From Somniosus microcephalus (Eukaryota), in NCBI GenBank assembly GCA_052327205.1, contig CM126207.1, forward strand, positions 227,912,001-227,976,000: DNA of 64,000 bases. The letters run 5' to 3'. Positions 1-12,051 of this stretch are shown here, piece after piece (the stretch's first letter is position 1; each line of letters begins with the position of its first letter). The translations under genes were made by a program, and so were the position numbers. The notes beneath the pieces are model-generated. The model made no database searches. It had not been told where the DNA came from and was given only the letters and a program-made list of their open reading frames with translations.

Positions 1-289
1 TGTGCTGGGCGTAATTTATGCTTGAAATTCCTCAATCTTTTGCACTGGTTTGTCTGATTTCAGGTAAATTGCACTGAAAAAAACATGGCAGCCAAGCGGA
101 ATATCCAGGTCATTGTGTATCAATGAGAACACTCTTGTATGTATTAGTTTAAGTTGGTCTTGGATTCAAAAATACCCAAGACCAAGAGTCAGGTATATAA
201 CTTTAAAAGTGCTAAATTCTATGAACTGATATAACAAATAGATTAGTGGAGTTTCTTCAGCAACACTTCAGCAGAACATAAATGGAACA

Positions 290-2530
290 CCTTTAAAGGT
301 AAAATGCAGGATAAGTACATAAACCAATAAGCTCATATTAAACAGATGTGACTCAAAATGGATTAGCGAACAAATTCAAACTGATACAAATCCTGCAGAG
401 TGAAAGAGGAAAGTGGTCACTGGAATGAATATAAGGAAATGCAGAAACTAGTTATTCGGGTGCTCTGAAGGGCAAAGACCTGGATCAAAGCACAGCATCA
501 GAGGCTAAATGTAACAGTAAAAAAAATCTTTCAGTACTATAATAGTAAGCAGGCAGTGAGAAAAGAGGCGAGAACCACGAAAAGTGCAAACAGAATCTAA
601 TCTAAAGATGAGTATAGATGGCTAATATTCTGAATGATTACTTCCTCCAAGTATTAACAAGGGAAGACATGAGTAATGTCCTGCCCACACAGAGATACCT
701 AAAGTAAAATCAACAACTTTGTGATATAAATGAGATGGAAGTTCTAGACAAGCTGAACGGGCTCAAAACAAACAAATTACCAGGGAACTGTGGAAAGTGC
801 AATGATACAGTATACCTAGACAAGGCATTTAACAAAGTCCCTCATGAAAGGCTATTAGTTGTATTCAAAGTTGTGGGGATTCAGGATAATCCCTGGGAAT
901 GGATATGAAACTAGCTAACGGGTAGAAATCAATAAGAACTCATTAAAGAAGTTATGTCGGGGTGGGGTAGTGCTGAATGGGATTTCCCCCGAGGCCCAAT
1001 GTTGGGACCACTGCTGTTTCTCACTTGCATAAAAAATCTGGGCCTCGAAAGTGCACTGACCGCCATGTTGGGTAAGGACAAACAAGACGTGTCCTTTACC
1101 CACGACTGAAGCTGGCATTCATCCCTTTGTATATGTAAATAATAATGGACCTAACACCTGCTGAGGTCCCCTCTCCAATAGTGCTGCACTCAGGGAACCC
1201 AGCCCTAGGAATCACCTGCCACAAAGAATGTAATTAACTTACTTGAATGTGGAACTGGGAGGAGCAAGAGGACCTTACATTAGACTCTCCTCAAGATCGC
1301 TTCCACTATCAACCCCAGATCCTCCTTCCCCCCCCCCCCCCCCCCTCTCCCTCTGGCTCCTGGCCATCTCTCGTGATCCCCGATCACAAATCCCCCGGCC
1401 CCGATTTCTCACCGTCCCGGGACACCAGGTTCCGCAACCCCGCCTCTGCGACTCCAGGCCTCCTGACCCTCGGTCTCGGCCAACTCCTGTACCCGTGTTG
1501 TCTTGCCCCTACCTGACCCCTGGCTCTGTGTTGTTTCCCCTCCATCTCCAACCCGAACTGACCCCCTGAGGCCCGCTGCCCGGTTTTTCTCCCGTCTTAA
1601 CCAGCAGGTCGTTGTGCCATTCCGGTTCTATTACATGAGGACCAAGGCCCACCATTTTGGAGGCCTCTCACCTCACCATTCTGGCGTAGGGTATTTACCC
1701 TTCGCCCATGTGCCCCAGATTTTTGGGCTCAGAAACACAGTGTAAAGTGGTTACATTTACTGATAACTAAAATGTGAGGACAGTGGAACTGAAGAATGCA
1801 ACTCGGAAATTAGCGAGTTGTACAAAATAAATATATGGGCAGATCAATGGGTGATGAAATTTAATGCTGACACCAGCAAAGTACTGCACATAGGATGGAA
1901 AAATAAGGAACACACCTTCTCCATGAATGGTGTTGAAGTAGATATGAATAGTGTGGAAAGAGACTGAGGTGGTTAGTAAACATGTCCAACAATGCAGAGT
2001 AGCAATCAACAGTCAAAATAGTTGAATTTAATACAGAAGAAGTCATGGTTAAACTGTACAATGCTCCGCTCAGACCACAGCTTGAGTAGTGCATCTGGTT
2101 CTGGATGCTGAGACAGAAATAATCTAGCACTGGAGGCAGTGCAGATAAAAGCACTGGTGTCAGGCTCTGGAGAAACTCGGGCTTTTCAGCCTGGAAAGGA
2201 GGCACTTGAGAGGTGAATTATAGAGGTATATAAGATAGCAAATAGTATGGAAAAGATAAATCCAGAATATTATTAAATGAAATGTGGAAGTAGAACAAGG
2301 GGACATAGGTTCAAACTAGTAAACAGTAACTTTAGGCCTAAGAAGTTCTTCATGCAGAGAATGATCAATACTTAGGATGGACTTCTTGATTGAGAGGTGG
2401 AGGCAAAAACCCTAGAATCATTTAAGGTTGATTTGATGCTGCAATGGGGGTGGGGATTGTAGCTTTCTTCTGGATTGATGAACTAAGATGGGCCAAATGT
2501 TCTTCCTCGTCCATAATTATCTTGTGATCA
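290..2530 (+). mobile_element. Decayed CR1-type LINE (RT region and 3' end), interrupted at ~1044-1726
   Basis: Degenerate CR1 RT motifs: 'tacctagacaaggcatttaacaaagtccctcat' (YLD.KAF.KVPH), 'ccccgaggc..ttgggaccactgctgttt' (PQG..LGPLLF), FADD-like 'tttactgataac' at ~1756, 'agaccacagcttgagtagtg' (RPQLEY), 'ggacataggttcaaact' and a 3' tail. Many stops. Boundaries approximate. Confidence 0.8.
1044..1726. mobile_element. GC/C-rich insertion splitting the CR1 RT (probable non-autonomous DNA element)
   Basis: The CR1 reading (...aatctgggc | ctcagaaacacagtgtaaagtggttacatttactgat) resumes after ~680 bp of unrelated C-rich sequence. The terminal inverted repeats are only weak. Confidence 0.5.
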
Positions 2531-3744
2531 TTGATTGTCTGTATTCTATAAATAGATAAGAAGGGTAGGCCCTCGCAATACTTCTAATCAGTATCACAGA
2601 GGATTAATGCAGTGTTTTGCTAAAGACAAATGAGTACCACTAAACCTATAGCTGTAATATAACAACCTCTTTCCTTTTCCTTCTCTTTCCTATCCCCCAA
2701 AAAACTATTATGGTTAATGTGCTGTTAGGAAAAGCATAATTCATATGACTTGTGGCACAGCTTCTGCCAGATGTTGTAGATTGCATAGCTATTAATTTGT
2801 GTTGCCAGGTCTGGAGACAAAGAGTCTGTTTTTCAGGATCTGGGATTGCTGTGTGGTGATTCATTCTGCAGAACAGCCGTTGATCTCTAATTGTGCACAA
2901 AAGCTGCTGCAATGAAGCAGTGCACCAGCAGGGATAACTGTAGAGTTGCAGATGAGAGTGGGTTGAAAGAACACCTACACAAAACCATTTGTCAGACAGA
3001 ATCTGCAGAATAGAGACAGAAGCACCAACGTGTAAAACACGGTGGAACAGTGGGGAAAAAAAATTACAACTAATCAAGACACCCACTTTGTTGTTTATTG
3101 AAATATTTCCACATGGAGTTCAATTAAAACATTGCTATGATAACAGATTAATTATTTATTTGTCTACCTAAGGACAGTTATTTAAAGATTGTCAAGATGG
3201 TCTAGCAGACTTTTTATATAAATGAGTAGTTTAATGTAGCTGAAGCTGCGTGTAATGCTGTTCTTTAAAAAGCACTTTGGTGCTTGTTTGCTAAATATTG
3301 GTGATACTGCAGTATTTTGGTACAGCAAGCTGCCTTATTTATTTATATGTAAGCAGTTGCTGCAGGCATGTCGATAGCAATCCCTCTATGCGCAGTCCAT
3401 ACTTGAATGTTGAATAGATTTTATTATTGAAGCACTACTTGTAAAATGAAATGTGATTGATTTACGCCTTTAAATTCAGGAAAGTGATTTTTCTGTAATT
3501 TGTTCAACATTTACTCTCATCACAATATATGCAAACAATTTTACAAATGTTGCATGAAGAAAACTGAAATTCCGATGTTGAGCATCTACATAGTAACAGT
3601 TTCAGGAGAAAATGTTGCAAGGTGGTTCATAAAAGAGCAACGGGTGCAGAGCAACAGTAGAGGAGTTAAGAGAGATGACAAAGCATGGTCAAAACGATTC
3701 CAAGTTTGATGCATTCAGGGATATGAAACCAGTCATGAGGATGA

Positions 3745-4122
3745 AACATAGAAGATAGGAGCAGGAGTAGGCCATTCGGCCCCTCGAGCCTGCTCCGCCA
3801 TTCAATGCGATCATGGCTGATCATCCAAACTCAGTACCCTGTCCCTGCTTTCTCCCCATATCCCTTGATCCCTTTAGCCTTAAGAAATATATCCAACTCC
3901 TTCTTGAATACATTTAATGAATTGGCCTCAACTGTCTGCTGTGGTAGAGAATTCCACAGGTTCACCACTCTCTGGGTGAAGAAATTCCTCATCTCTGTCC
4001 TAAATGGCTTACCCCTTATCCTTAGACTGTGACCCCTGGTTCTGGACTCCCCGACCATCAGGAACATCCTTCCTGCATCTAGTCTGTCTAGTCCTGTTAG
4101 AATTTTATAAGTTTCAATGAGT
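3745..4122 (-). mobile_element. CR1 LINE 3' end fragment
   Basis: Minus-strand ORF LIETYKILTGLDRLDAGRMF...TRGHSLRIRGKPFRTEMRNFFTQRVVNLWNSLP is the CR1 ORF2 C-terminus, followed by the typical 3' tail. Confidence 0.9.
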
Positions 4123-4290
4123 CTGATGGACGAGCAGGACAGGATGCAGGTGGTGGAGTTTCGAATGAGTTGGAGTTTGTGTAGGGTGGAATTTGAGAGG
4201 CCAGCAAGGAGGGTGGCAGATAAGTCGAGACCAGCAGTAATGTAAATCATGGTTAAGGCATTCAGAGGGGATGGAAGTAAGAGAAGAGGT
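4123..4290 (-). mobile_element. L2 LINE fragment
   Basis: Translation ITAGLDLSATLLAGLSNSTLHKLQLIRNS resembles the L2 motif VTSRLDYSNALLAGLP..LQLIQN, also seen at 43700-43830. Confidence 0.65.
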
Positions 4291-4528
4291 TGCTGATGGC
4301 TGCAAGAGACCTGTGCATTGGGTGTTGCCGGCACTACGCCCTGTACGGCAGTATAAACGCACCTAATGAGATCTTTCAGTCAAACAATTTAAAAAGAAAA
4401 TAGCATCTGTTGGTACTTGCTACATACATTTATGTAACTTGAAACTGCAAAATGCATACTGGTTTTAATTTTTTTCAAATTTAAAGAGGAAATTAATTAA
4501 ATTATTAACTTTCTACTTGCTAAACGAT

Positions 4529-5410
4529 AGGCCAGATTTTGCTCTCAGCAGCCAACAAACAGCACCAACCATTCATTGCACTTGCACTTGGCCACAGAAT
4601 TTCTATGGGATCTTGCACTGGAACTTGATGTAAATTAGAGAGCCAAAGCGGCACAGCACCCTCTGCAGGGGATCTGGGACCTGTTTCACCTCCATCTGAG
4701 ATCTGTTGTATCTCCTTAACCAATCAAATTGAAGAATTGTAAATCAACAGCGCAGAGTCTGAACCAGAAAGTGTCAGTTAGAATATTTAATTCAATTTCA
4801 ATTCAGGTACAGAAAGCGAAATAAAGGGAGGGATAGAAAGGTGGGATTAAGAGAGAGATAAAAGAGACAAAGAAAAAGTTTTTTAAAAAAACTATTTAAA
4901 TTTTTTTATCTTTTTAAATCTCCAACAATAATTAAAATCTGAAGGAATGAGACTCCATACTTGTCAAAGCTAATTTTCAGTGCCAGAGAGGTTGTTTGGC
5001 AGTAATTAAGACTCATCACGCTGTTAAAAATGTACTTATACTGGAATGGACAAGCCCCAACATTTTCTGGTGCGTTTAATGGGTGTATATCAGGTAAGTA
5101 CCACAACTTATCGCCTTTCCATGTATTTCAATGGCAAGTCTCTCGGCGAGATATTGTTGTAGCAAAGCTTCTGGAGGAGCAGGGCAACTCGGACAGCAAT
5201 TTCCTGTTTTCCACGTTTAACTGCGTATGTACGGTCACCAGAAGTTGCTGTACAATTTACACTTTAGTAGCTTTGAAGAAGGGTTCGACCCGAAACGTCA
5301 ACTCAAATTTCTCTCCACGGATGTTGCCTGACCTGCTGAGTTTTTCCAGCATTTTCTGTTGTTATTTTACACTTTAATAGCGGTGAGCATTGTTACCCTC
5401 ACCATTATTT
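4529..5410 (-). mobile_element. Harbinger-type MITE (truncated), same family as 10378-11326 in the opposite orientation
   Basis: Starts with the TIR aggccagattttgc. The internal sequence is the reverse-complement homologue of 10600-11326 (ORF-track peptides KLLEEQGNSDSNFL vs KLVEEQGNLDSNFL). Confidence 0.75.
5272..5365 (+). mobile_element. Short Penelope-like element terminal fragment with ~16-bp TSD
   Basis: tgaagaagggttcgacccgaaacgtc...gcctgacctgctgagtttttccagcattttctg, flanked by tttacactttagtagc (5256-5271) and tttacactttaatagc (5366-5381). The paralogous MITE at ~10640 lacks the insert. Confidence 0.8.
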
Positions 5411-6003
5411 CTACAACACTGTTTAGTGATTGGCATGCATTGAATTTTAAAAAATTCATAAATGTAATGCCACACAGTGGCAGGACATAGGTGTGTCAAA
5501 AAAGTGTTTGAAATATTATGGTATTGACTTCTTTCGGATAATTTGGCTACTGATAATGCACCTACCTTGGCCCTGAGGAAGGCTCGGGTATCATCTCAGA
5601 TTGGGGTGCAGTTGCCCCCCCCAAACTCAACATCAATGTGTGTGATTTGTCAAGTGGTAAGTTTTTAATCTCTACATCGAGAGAGAAAGTCAGCAGATAT
5701 ATCAACCCTTACCATGGTTATACACCAATTAGCAATATATAGGCAGAAGCCCAAGAGATGGTCAACTTCCATACATTATGATTGGGAATTTTTGGAAGCC
5801 CAGAAAAGATATAAAGAAAGGGGAAACTTCATTTAAAAAAGAGATATAATTTGAAGAATCAAATGTAAAACTTTTCATGTAAGGGGATTATGAAGTTGTA
5901 TGAAATTGAATCTTGTAACTAGACGTTTTGAAATTTCATGTCAACGAACTATCCCTGTCTTGTTGCATTTGGATTTTTATTGTTTAATCTGATCTTTCTG
6001 CAG

Positions 6004-6128
6004 CGGGACAGCTCAGCCAATCAGCACATTTTTCTCTACAGCTGCCCTATGTAGTCCTTGGTCTAGGACGTAGTGCGAACTTTCTTGATCATCTCTATGT
6101 TGGGATTCCTCGTCCGCATGGAGAAAAG
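6004..6128 (+). CDS. ITFG1: ITFG1 (T-cell immunomodulatory protein/LINKIN) internal coding exon
   Basis: ctgcag|...|gtaata. Encodes (A)GQLSQSAHFSLQLPYVVLGLGRSANFLDHLYVGIPRPHGEK, matching the ITFG1 C-terminal region; 125 nt, phase 1 to 0. Confidence 0.96.
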
Positions 6129-6677
6129 GTAATAACCCAGGGGGAAACTTGTGATGATGTGAAGTTTTGTGCTTCTGTGTGTGTGTCAATATGAGGTAAT
6201 GGGGGAGAAATTCAGTTGGTTGCGCCACCCGTTGGCGCCTTAAGAGGACGATAAGTGGGGCGCGAGCCAGCTAGCGCCCAGGCGCGGCGATACCTGCGCC
6301 TCTCGCGAAATTGAGCAGACATTTAGCAGCGGCACTAAACCGTAACGCCCGCTTAGCTGCGCACGCAGATCCTGACGCCATTGGGGCGCCCCGGACCGGA
6401 AATTCAGTGGCGTCCCCCTCCTTTCCACCTGCGGCTCCCAACGACAGGTTGACTGGAACGGTTCCCAGTCGCTGTGGGGATGGGGGGGGCGCTATTTAAA
6501 GGGGGCTCTTCCTGGCTTCTTTGTGGTAGCCATTTTTGGACCACTCCTTCTGAGAGAGAGATTTGCAGAGAGACAAAAGGACAGAGATTTCTGCATTGGG
6601 TCAGCGCTCGCTGAGGTACTTTTGGCTTCTGACCAGAACTTTGTAGTTGCTTTGCTTTTTCACCGGCATAACTTTGA

Positions 6678-7670
6678 GTGGCCACATACTATGGGGGCTG
6701 CAGTGGATGGGAATGTCGGGCTTCTCCATTGCATTGCGAGGGCACAGAGACGCAGAGAGTGCCAATCATGGCCAGACGGAGGAGGGCCAACAGGTGTCGG
6801 CACACGAGACCTTACGCACCCAGGGTTTTCCGCCAACAGTTCTCATACATCAATATGTCTGAGGAGCAGTGTTTTCGGAGGCTGCGATTCAGCAAGGAGG
6901 TGGTCACTGAGCTCTGCCACCTGCTTCAGCCAGATCTGCAGCCTCAACTGAGGAGCAGGACGTCTGTCGGTGGCAGTGAAAGTAACAGTGGCTCTCAACT
7001 TCTATGCCACCGGCTCCTTTCAATCCACTACTGGGGACATTGCCAATATCTCCCAGTTCGCGGTGCATTGCTGCATCCGTCAAGTCACGAATGCCCTCTT
7101 TAAAAGGAGATGACAGTACATCTCCTTCCCCATGACCCCGGACAAGCAGCAAGAGCGCGCAATGGGCTTTGCAAGAATAGCGGGCTTCCCCATGGTCCAG
7201 GGCGCCATTGACTGTATGTATGTGGCTTTGCGGGCGCAGCAAGAGAATGCCGAGGATTTCCGCAACCGAAAGGGCTTCCATTCGTTGAACGTCCAGTTGG
7301 TCTGTGACCACAGACAGCTGATACTCGCTGTCAATGCCCGCTTTCCAGGCAGCAGCCACAAGGCCTTCATCCTGCGCCAGACTTCTGTGGCAGACCTTTG
7401 AGGCCCTGGCTCACCCAAGAGGCTGGCTTCTCGGGGACAAGGCTATCCTCTGTGCACCTGGCTGATGACCCTGCTCCATTCGCCCAGCACCCCTGCTGAA
7501 GAACGATATAATGAGAGCCATCAAGCTACCAGGAACATCATTGAGCACACAATCGGCGTGCTCAAGCAATGGTTCTGCTGTCTGGACCATTCCGGAAGAG
7601 CCCTTCAGCACTCACCTGAGCGAGTCTCCCACTTCGTTGTTGTGTGCTGCATGCTGCATAACCTCAGGAC
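6678..7670 (+). pseudogene. Harbinger (HARBI1-like) DDE transposase, disrupted
   Basis: RPYAPRVFR..MSEEQCFRRLRFSKEVVTELCHLL, FYATGSFQ, GFPMVQGAIDC, FRNRKGFHSLNVQLVCD, ARFPGS, YNESHQATRNIIEHTIGVLKQWFCCLD and CCMLHN are spread over several frames with stops and frameshifts. Confidence 0.93.
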
Positions 7671-7776
7671 TCAGCCAATGGGAGGGGGGAGAGGGGAGAA
7701 GAAGGAGGAGTGTGAGGAGGAGGAGGAGTGTGAGGAACAAGTGGAAGGAGAGAGGTCAAAAAGGTGATGACCTTAC

Positions 7777-8407
7777 CATCGCTGTCCATAACGGGGTCAG
7801 CATCTCCAGTGGCGACGGGGCCAATCATCCGGCCTGCCATAATCCGTTGGACTCGCTGCTCCAGATCGGTCAGGGCTTGAAGGTGAGGCCGGCCTCCCCC
7901 GGTCCGTTGCTGCTGCCTCCTGTTATGCGCCAGCTTGCCCTGCAACAGAAAGGACGGGCTTTGAGTACAGTGTGCAGCCCTGATCTTGGCTGCAATGCCT
8001 CCCATGGTCGAATAGCCCTTACAGCGTGTAAAGTGCTGAATGTGCGTGTGAGTTTCCTGAAAGGGTCATAGGTGTTGGATGAGGGCTGGGCATTGGGGCT
8101 TTCAGGACCCTTTGGCCATAAAGTGAGGTCGACATGCAGGGATGAAGAGGATTCTGAAAAGGGCACTCACCCTGACGACCCGAGTGAGGTCATTGAACTT
8201 CTTCCTGCATTGCACAGGGGTCCTAGGCACCATGTTGCTGGAGGTCACTCTGTGAGCCACCTCCCTCCAAGCTTTTCGATAGTCGCTGGGCAGCGGCTTC
8301 CTGCCACTGTCCGGGTACAGGAGAGATCGCCTGTGCTCCACCGTGCCAACCAGAACCTCCAAGGCCCCCTCGCTGAACTGCTGTGCTCGCTCCCTGGCCC
8401 CCTCCAT
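7777..8407 (-). pseudogene. Harbinger Myb/SANT-like DNA-binding protein; exon 1 8407-8171, exon 2 7939-7777; later exons deleted
   Basis: MEGARERAQQFSEGALEVLV...WREVAHRV...RTPVQCRKKFNDLTRVVR|gtgagt, then ttgcag|GKLAHNRRQQQRTGGGRP...|gtaagg. Phase 0 splice; both exons are open. Confidence 0.88.
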
Positions 8408-9931
8408 GGTCCTTGGCTTAAGTATGTGGCAACAGGTCTGTCCAGGCCGAGATTCAGGGCTCTGATGCGCAAGGTGTGGCTGCAATTCAAGATCGACCCT
8501 CCCCTTTAAGAGCTGTCCGGCGCCAGCGTGTCTGTGTGCAATCGCTAACTGGCCGCACCTGCGCTGCGCCCGCCCTCGGAGGTAACGCCTCGCTCCTCTG
8601 GCTTAGCGCCTTAAGACAGTCGTGCAGCACCTGTTTTAGCGCTCCAAGCACCTCCTGGGGCGAAGGAGGCCAATTTACCAGTAAGTGGCGATAATATGCG
8701 CTGGGCGTAAAATTTCACGCCCGGTCGATAATTACGCCCCAAACTGGGCGATACCGAATTTCTCCCCCAATATGTTTTAATTTATTTTGAGCTTAATATG
8801 GATTCACATTTGTGTAAGTGATTTCAAATATTGTTGATGCAATGTGCTTAAAAAAAAAATGTTTAAAGAGTAAGTATTGGTACCACTGTGTGAGCCAATA
8901 AGTTGCATTGTTTCAGCCATTGATTTGGAGGCTGGGTGGGACTTAGAGCAAACAGATTCTATTTTACAGCAAACAGGGTCTATTTAAACAATCTCTACAG
9001 ACTACAACAAACAGAACTCATGACCGAAACTACAGCAAAGCCTCCTGATAAAAGCAGGATTATTTCTCCAACAAAATGCAATGAGTGGAGGATAATTACA
9101 TAATACAAATTATGAGCATAAAATCAATTCCAGTCACTTAAAGCAGTGCGGTCTCTAGGCATGATTGATGCTACCCAATCATCTCCATTCTGGCTGGGAC
9201 TTGTGACGTCACTGTATGCAGTCTTTTAAGAAAAAAAGCTCTATTGTGTAGATTCTTAAGTAGTTAAGTTTCAAAATTTACCCACACCTCTTTTTAGGTT
9301 CACTCGTACATGCATCATTCCTGACCGAGAGGACTGGTTGGTGCTCTTTTCCCAGCCCTCTGCCAGTTCCACTCTGTAATTGGCTTTTTGGAAGCCCACA
9401 AGAATGGCGTGGGTTATTTTTCTATCCCTCTGAGCAGGGAAGCAACTTGGTATAGTTGGGCTGAAATTGGAAGTCATTTATTACATGGAAAATGGAGTTG
9501 CTTAAATATTTTCCAATAGTTTTTTTTTAATCTCTGATAATCTGTAAGAAAATAGTAAATAACAACTAATTGATATTTGATTTTTTTTGGAATATTTAAC
9601 ATATAACTTTTGTTAGCACCCTCCCCTTCCATTCCTCCCAAAGTATCCATCCTTTGCCCATGTCTGCAAAGTGAATGTAAATATTCTGACACTGCAAATC
9701 GTCGGGAACGTTGGATGCATGCAGTGTGAAAAGAATCACAAGTATTGGCCTTGCTTGTTTATTTTATTTATTATTATAAAGCCATCTCTAAATCTTCTGC
9801 ATGTAAGGAGTGTTGTGTAAAAGAAAGTTGTTGTGCTGTTAAATGGTCTCTCTTAGTTTGAAGGTACAACTGCATTTTGAAGTGAATTTTTTTCTGTCTA
9901 ATTATTTTCTATTTTATTTTCTCTTTGATAG

Positions 9932-10014
9932 TCTATAAGAAAACAAGAATGGACAGCTATCATTCCAAATTCTCAGCTTATAGTAATTCCATATCCTCAT
10001 AATTCACCAAAAAG
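9932..10014 (+). CDS. ITFG1: ITFG1 internal coding exon
   Basis: tgatag|TCT...AAAAG|gtaacg. Encodes SIRKQEWTAIIPNSQLIVIPYPHNSPK(S); 83 nt, phase 0 to 2. Confidence 0.96.
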
Positions 10015-10377
10015 GTAACGTTTGCAAACTGATTTTATATACCTGCAATGTTGGAAATTTAGCCAGTCTATTCTTGGAATACATTTAATACAATAGTGTT
10101 TCTGAAAATGCCAGTAGTCTTCTGTTGTGTATCCATATGACCAGATGCCCAGAAAGCTGGGTCATTCCTCCTAATGTCTATGTAACTTACTTTAGAATCA
10201 CTGTGCGATTATTCAATTGTAAAAGATGTAAACCAGTAGTAACTAACATAAGGAATCTTTTGAAGAACACTTAAGTTTTGTAACAATAAGTGACTTGCTG
10301 TCTGACATGGTGATTTCTACGGAAAAAATAAGTTGCTGTATTCTGATTTTAAATATTATAACTTATATGCTTATATT

Positions 10378-11326
10378 GAGCCAGATTTTGCTGGAGCAGG
10401 GCATTTCACGGCATGCCCTGTTAGTTACCTTGTTTGTGCACATTTAGGCTTTAACATTTTTTGCCCACAAATTGCTAGAAATGTGAGCTGATAACTTTTG
10501 TTGGAATTGAAAGCAAAACAGTAACAGCAGTGGTTAACTGGTCTGTTTAAAAGTCATTTCTTACATGTCTGCTTTTCTAAACTAAATATTCGCCCAGATT
10601 TTGCGGTAAGAATAACGGTGAGGCTATCAGCACTCATCATTATTAAGAAGTAAATCAGACAGCAACTTCCGGCGTCCGCACATGCGCAGTTAAATGTGGA
10701 AATCAGGAAGTTGCTGTCCAAGTTACCCTGCTCCTCCACAAGCTTCATTACAGCAGTACCTCGCCGAGAGACTCGGCATTCAAATACATGAACAGTGTGA
10801 TGTTGTGGTACTTGCCCATTAGATACCCATTAAACACGCCAGAAAAAGTTAGGGCTTGTTCATTCAAGTGTAAGTGAATTTTTAATGGCGTGGTAAGTTT
10901 TAATTACTGCCAAACAACCTCTCTGACACTGAAAATTTACTTTTAGAAGTTTGGAGTCTCATTCCTTCAGATTTTAATTATTGTAATTGTTTCTTAAAAT
11001 TTTTTTTAAAAATTACTTTTTCTTTCAGTCACTTTTATTTCTCTCTCTTAATCCCATCTTTCTTTCCCTCTCTTTATTTTGCCTTCTTTACATTGAATTA
11101 AATATTCTAACTGACACTTCCTGGTTTAAATTCTGCGTGCCTCAGTAAGGATTCTTCAGTCTGATTGGTTGAGGAGCATTTAACTGCGCTTGACCTGTTC
11201 ACACAGGTCCCAGATCCCCTGTAGAGGGCACTGCGTTGTTTTGGCTCTCTAATTACCTCAAATTGCAATGTAAGTGCAATGAACGGTGAGTGCCGTACAT
11301 TCACAGCTGACTGCAAAATCTGGGCC
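10378..11326 (+). mobile_element. Harbinger-type MITE
   Basis: TIRs gagccagattttgc / gcaaaatctgggcc, TSD ATT/ATT, non-coding with an AT-rich core. Confidence 0.85.
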
Positions 11327-11609
11327 ATTATGTTGCTACTCCAAGGATATGTATGGGAAGCTAATATCAGAGCTTCAAAGCCTTTGCAGAATCTGTAAAT
11401 GCTGACTAAGTAGTAGTAAAATAGAAATGGGAATTATCAGATGTGAAACGAAAGACAAAAAGCACAAGAAACAAAATAAAAGTGCAAGTAAGGAAGTGGA
11501 ACAATGCATGATTATGATGATGAACAGACAACGCAAATAAAAATTTTGAGAAAACCAGTAATGAATAAAGCACCAAGAAAATGAAAGTTACAATCTATAA
11601 AATATATAT

Positions 11610-11975
11610 TCTTCTGCACCCTATCCTTCTTAAAGTAGGGTTCCCAAAAACTGGACTCGATATTCTAACTAGCATAACCAATGATTTGTTGACGTTTAAC
11701 ATGACATCTTTGCTTTTGTACACTACATTTCTACTTATAAGCCTCGGGTTCTACGTGGTTTTTTTTTTTAACAGCCTTATCAACTTGTCCTCCCACTTTT
11801 AAAGAACTGTGTATTTTAACTGCTAAATCCTTTTTTAATGTTTTACCATTTAGTGTATATTTCTTCTTATTCTTCCTCCCATACTGTAACACTTTAATTT
11901 TTTCTGCATTAACTTTCATCGGACATCTGTCTTCCCAATCTACTAACCTGTCTACGTCCTCCTGAAATTACTTAT
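11610..11975 (-). mobile_element. Highly decayed CR1 fragment
   Basis: MKVNAEKIKVLQYGRKNKK.YTLNGK..KDLAV.IHSSLKVGGQVDKAVKK matches the CR1 ORF2 post-RT region. Confidence 0.75.
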
Positions 11976-12051
11976 GGTTGCCCACCCTCCCTCTAAGGTG
12001 TAGAAGCTGGGTAGCAGAATGAGACCAGGACAAAATAACACAACGATTTGA

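Larger units (their letters stand above)
6201..8768. mobile_element. PIF/Harbinger DNA transposon (internally deleted, two convergent genes)
   Basis: Perfect 13-bp TIRs gggggagaaattc (6201-6213) and gaatttctccccc (8756-8768), 3-bp TSD AAT/AAT, transposase on + and Myb/SANT gene on -. Confidence 0.95.

Noticed and set aside
1243-1569. Proline-rich ORFs
   Set aside because: Produced by poly-C and C-rich sequence in an insertion; no splice or homology support.
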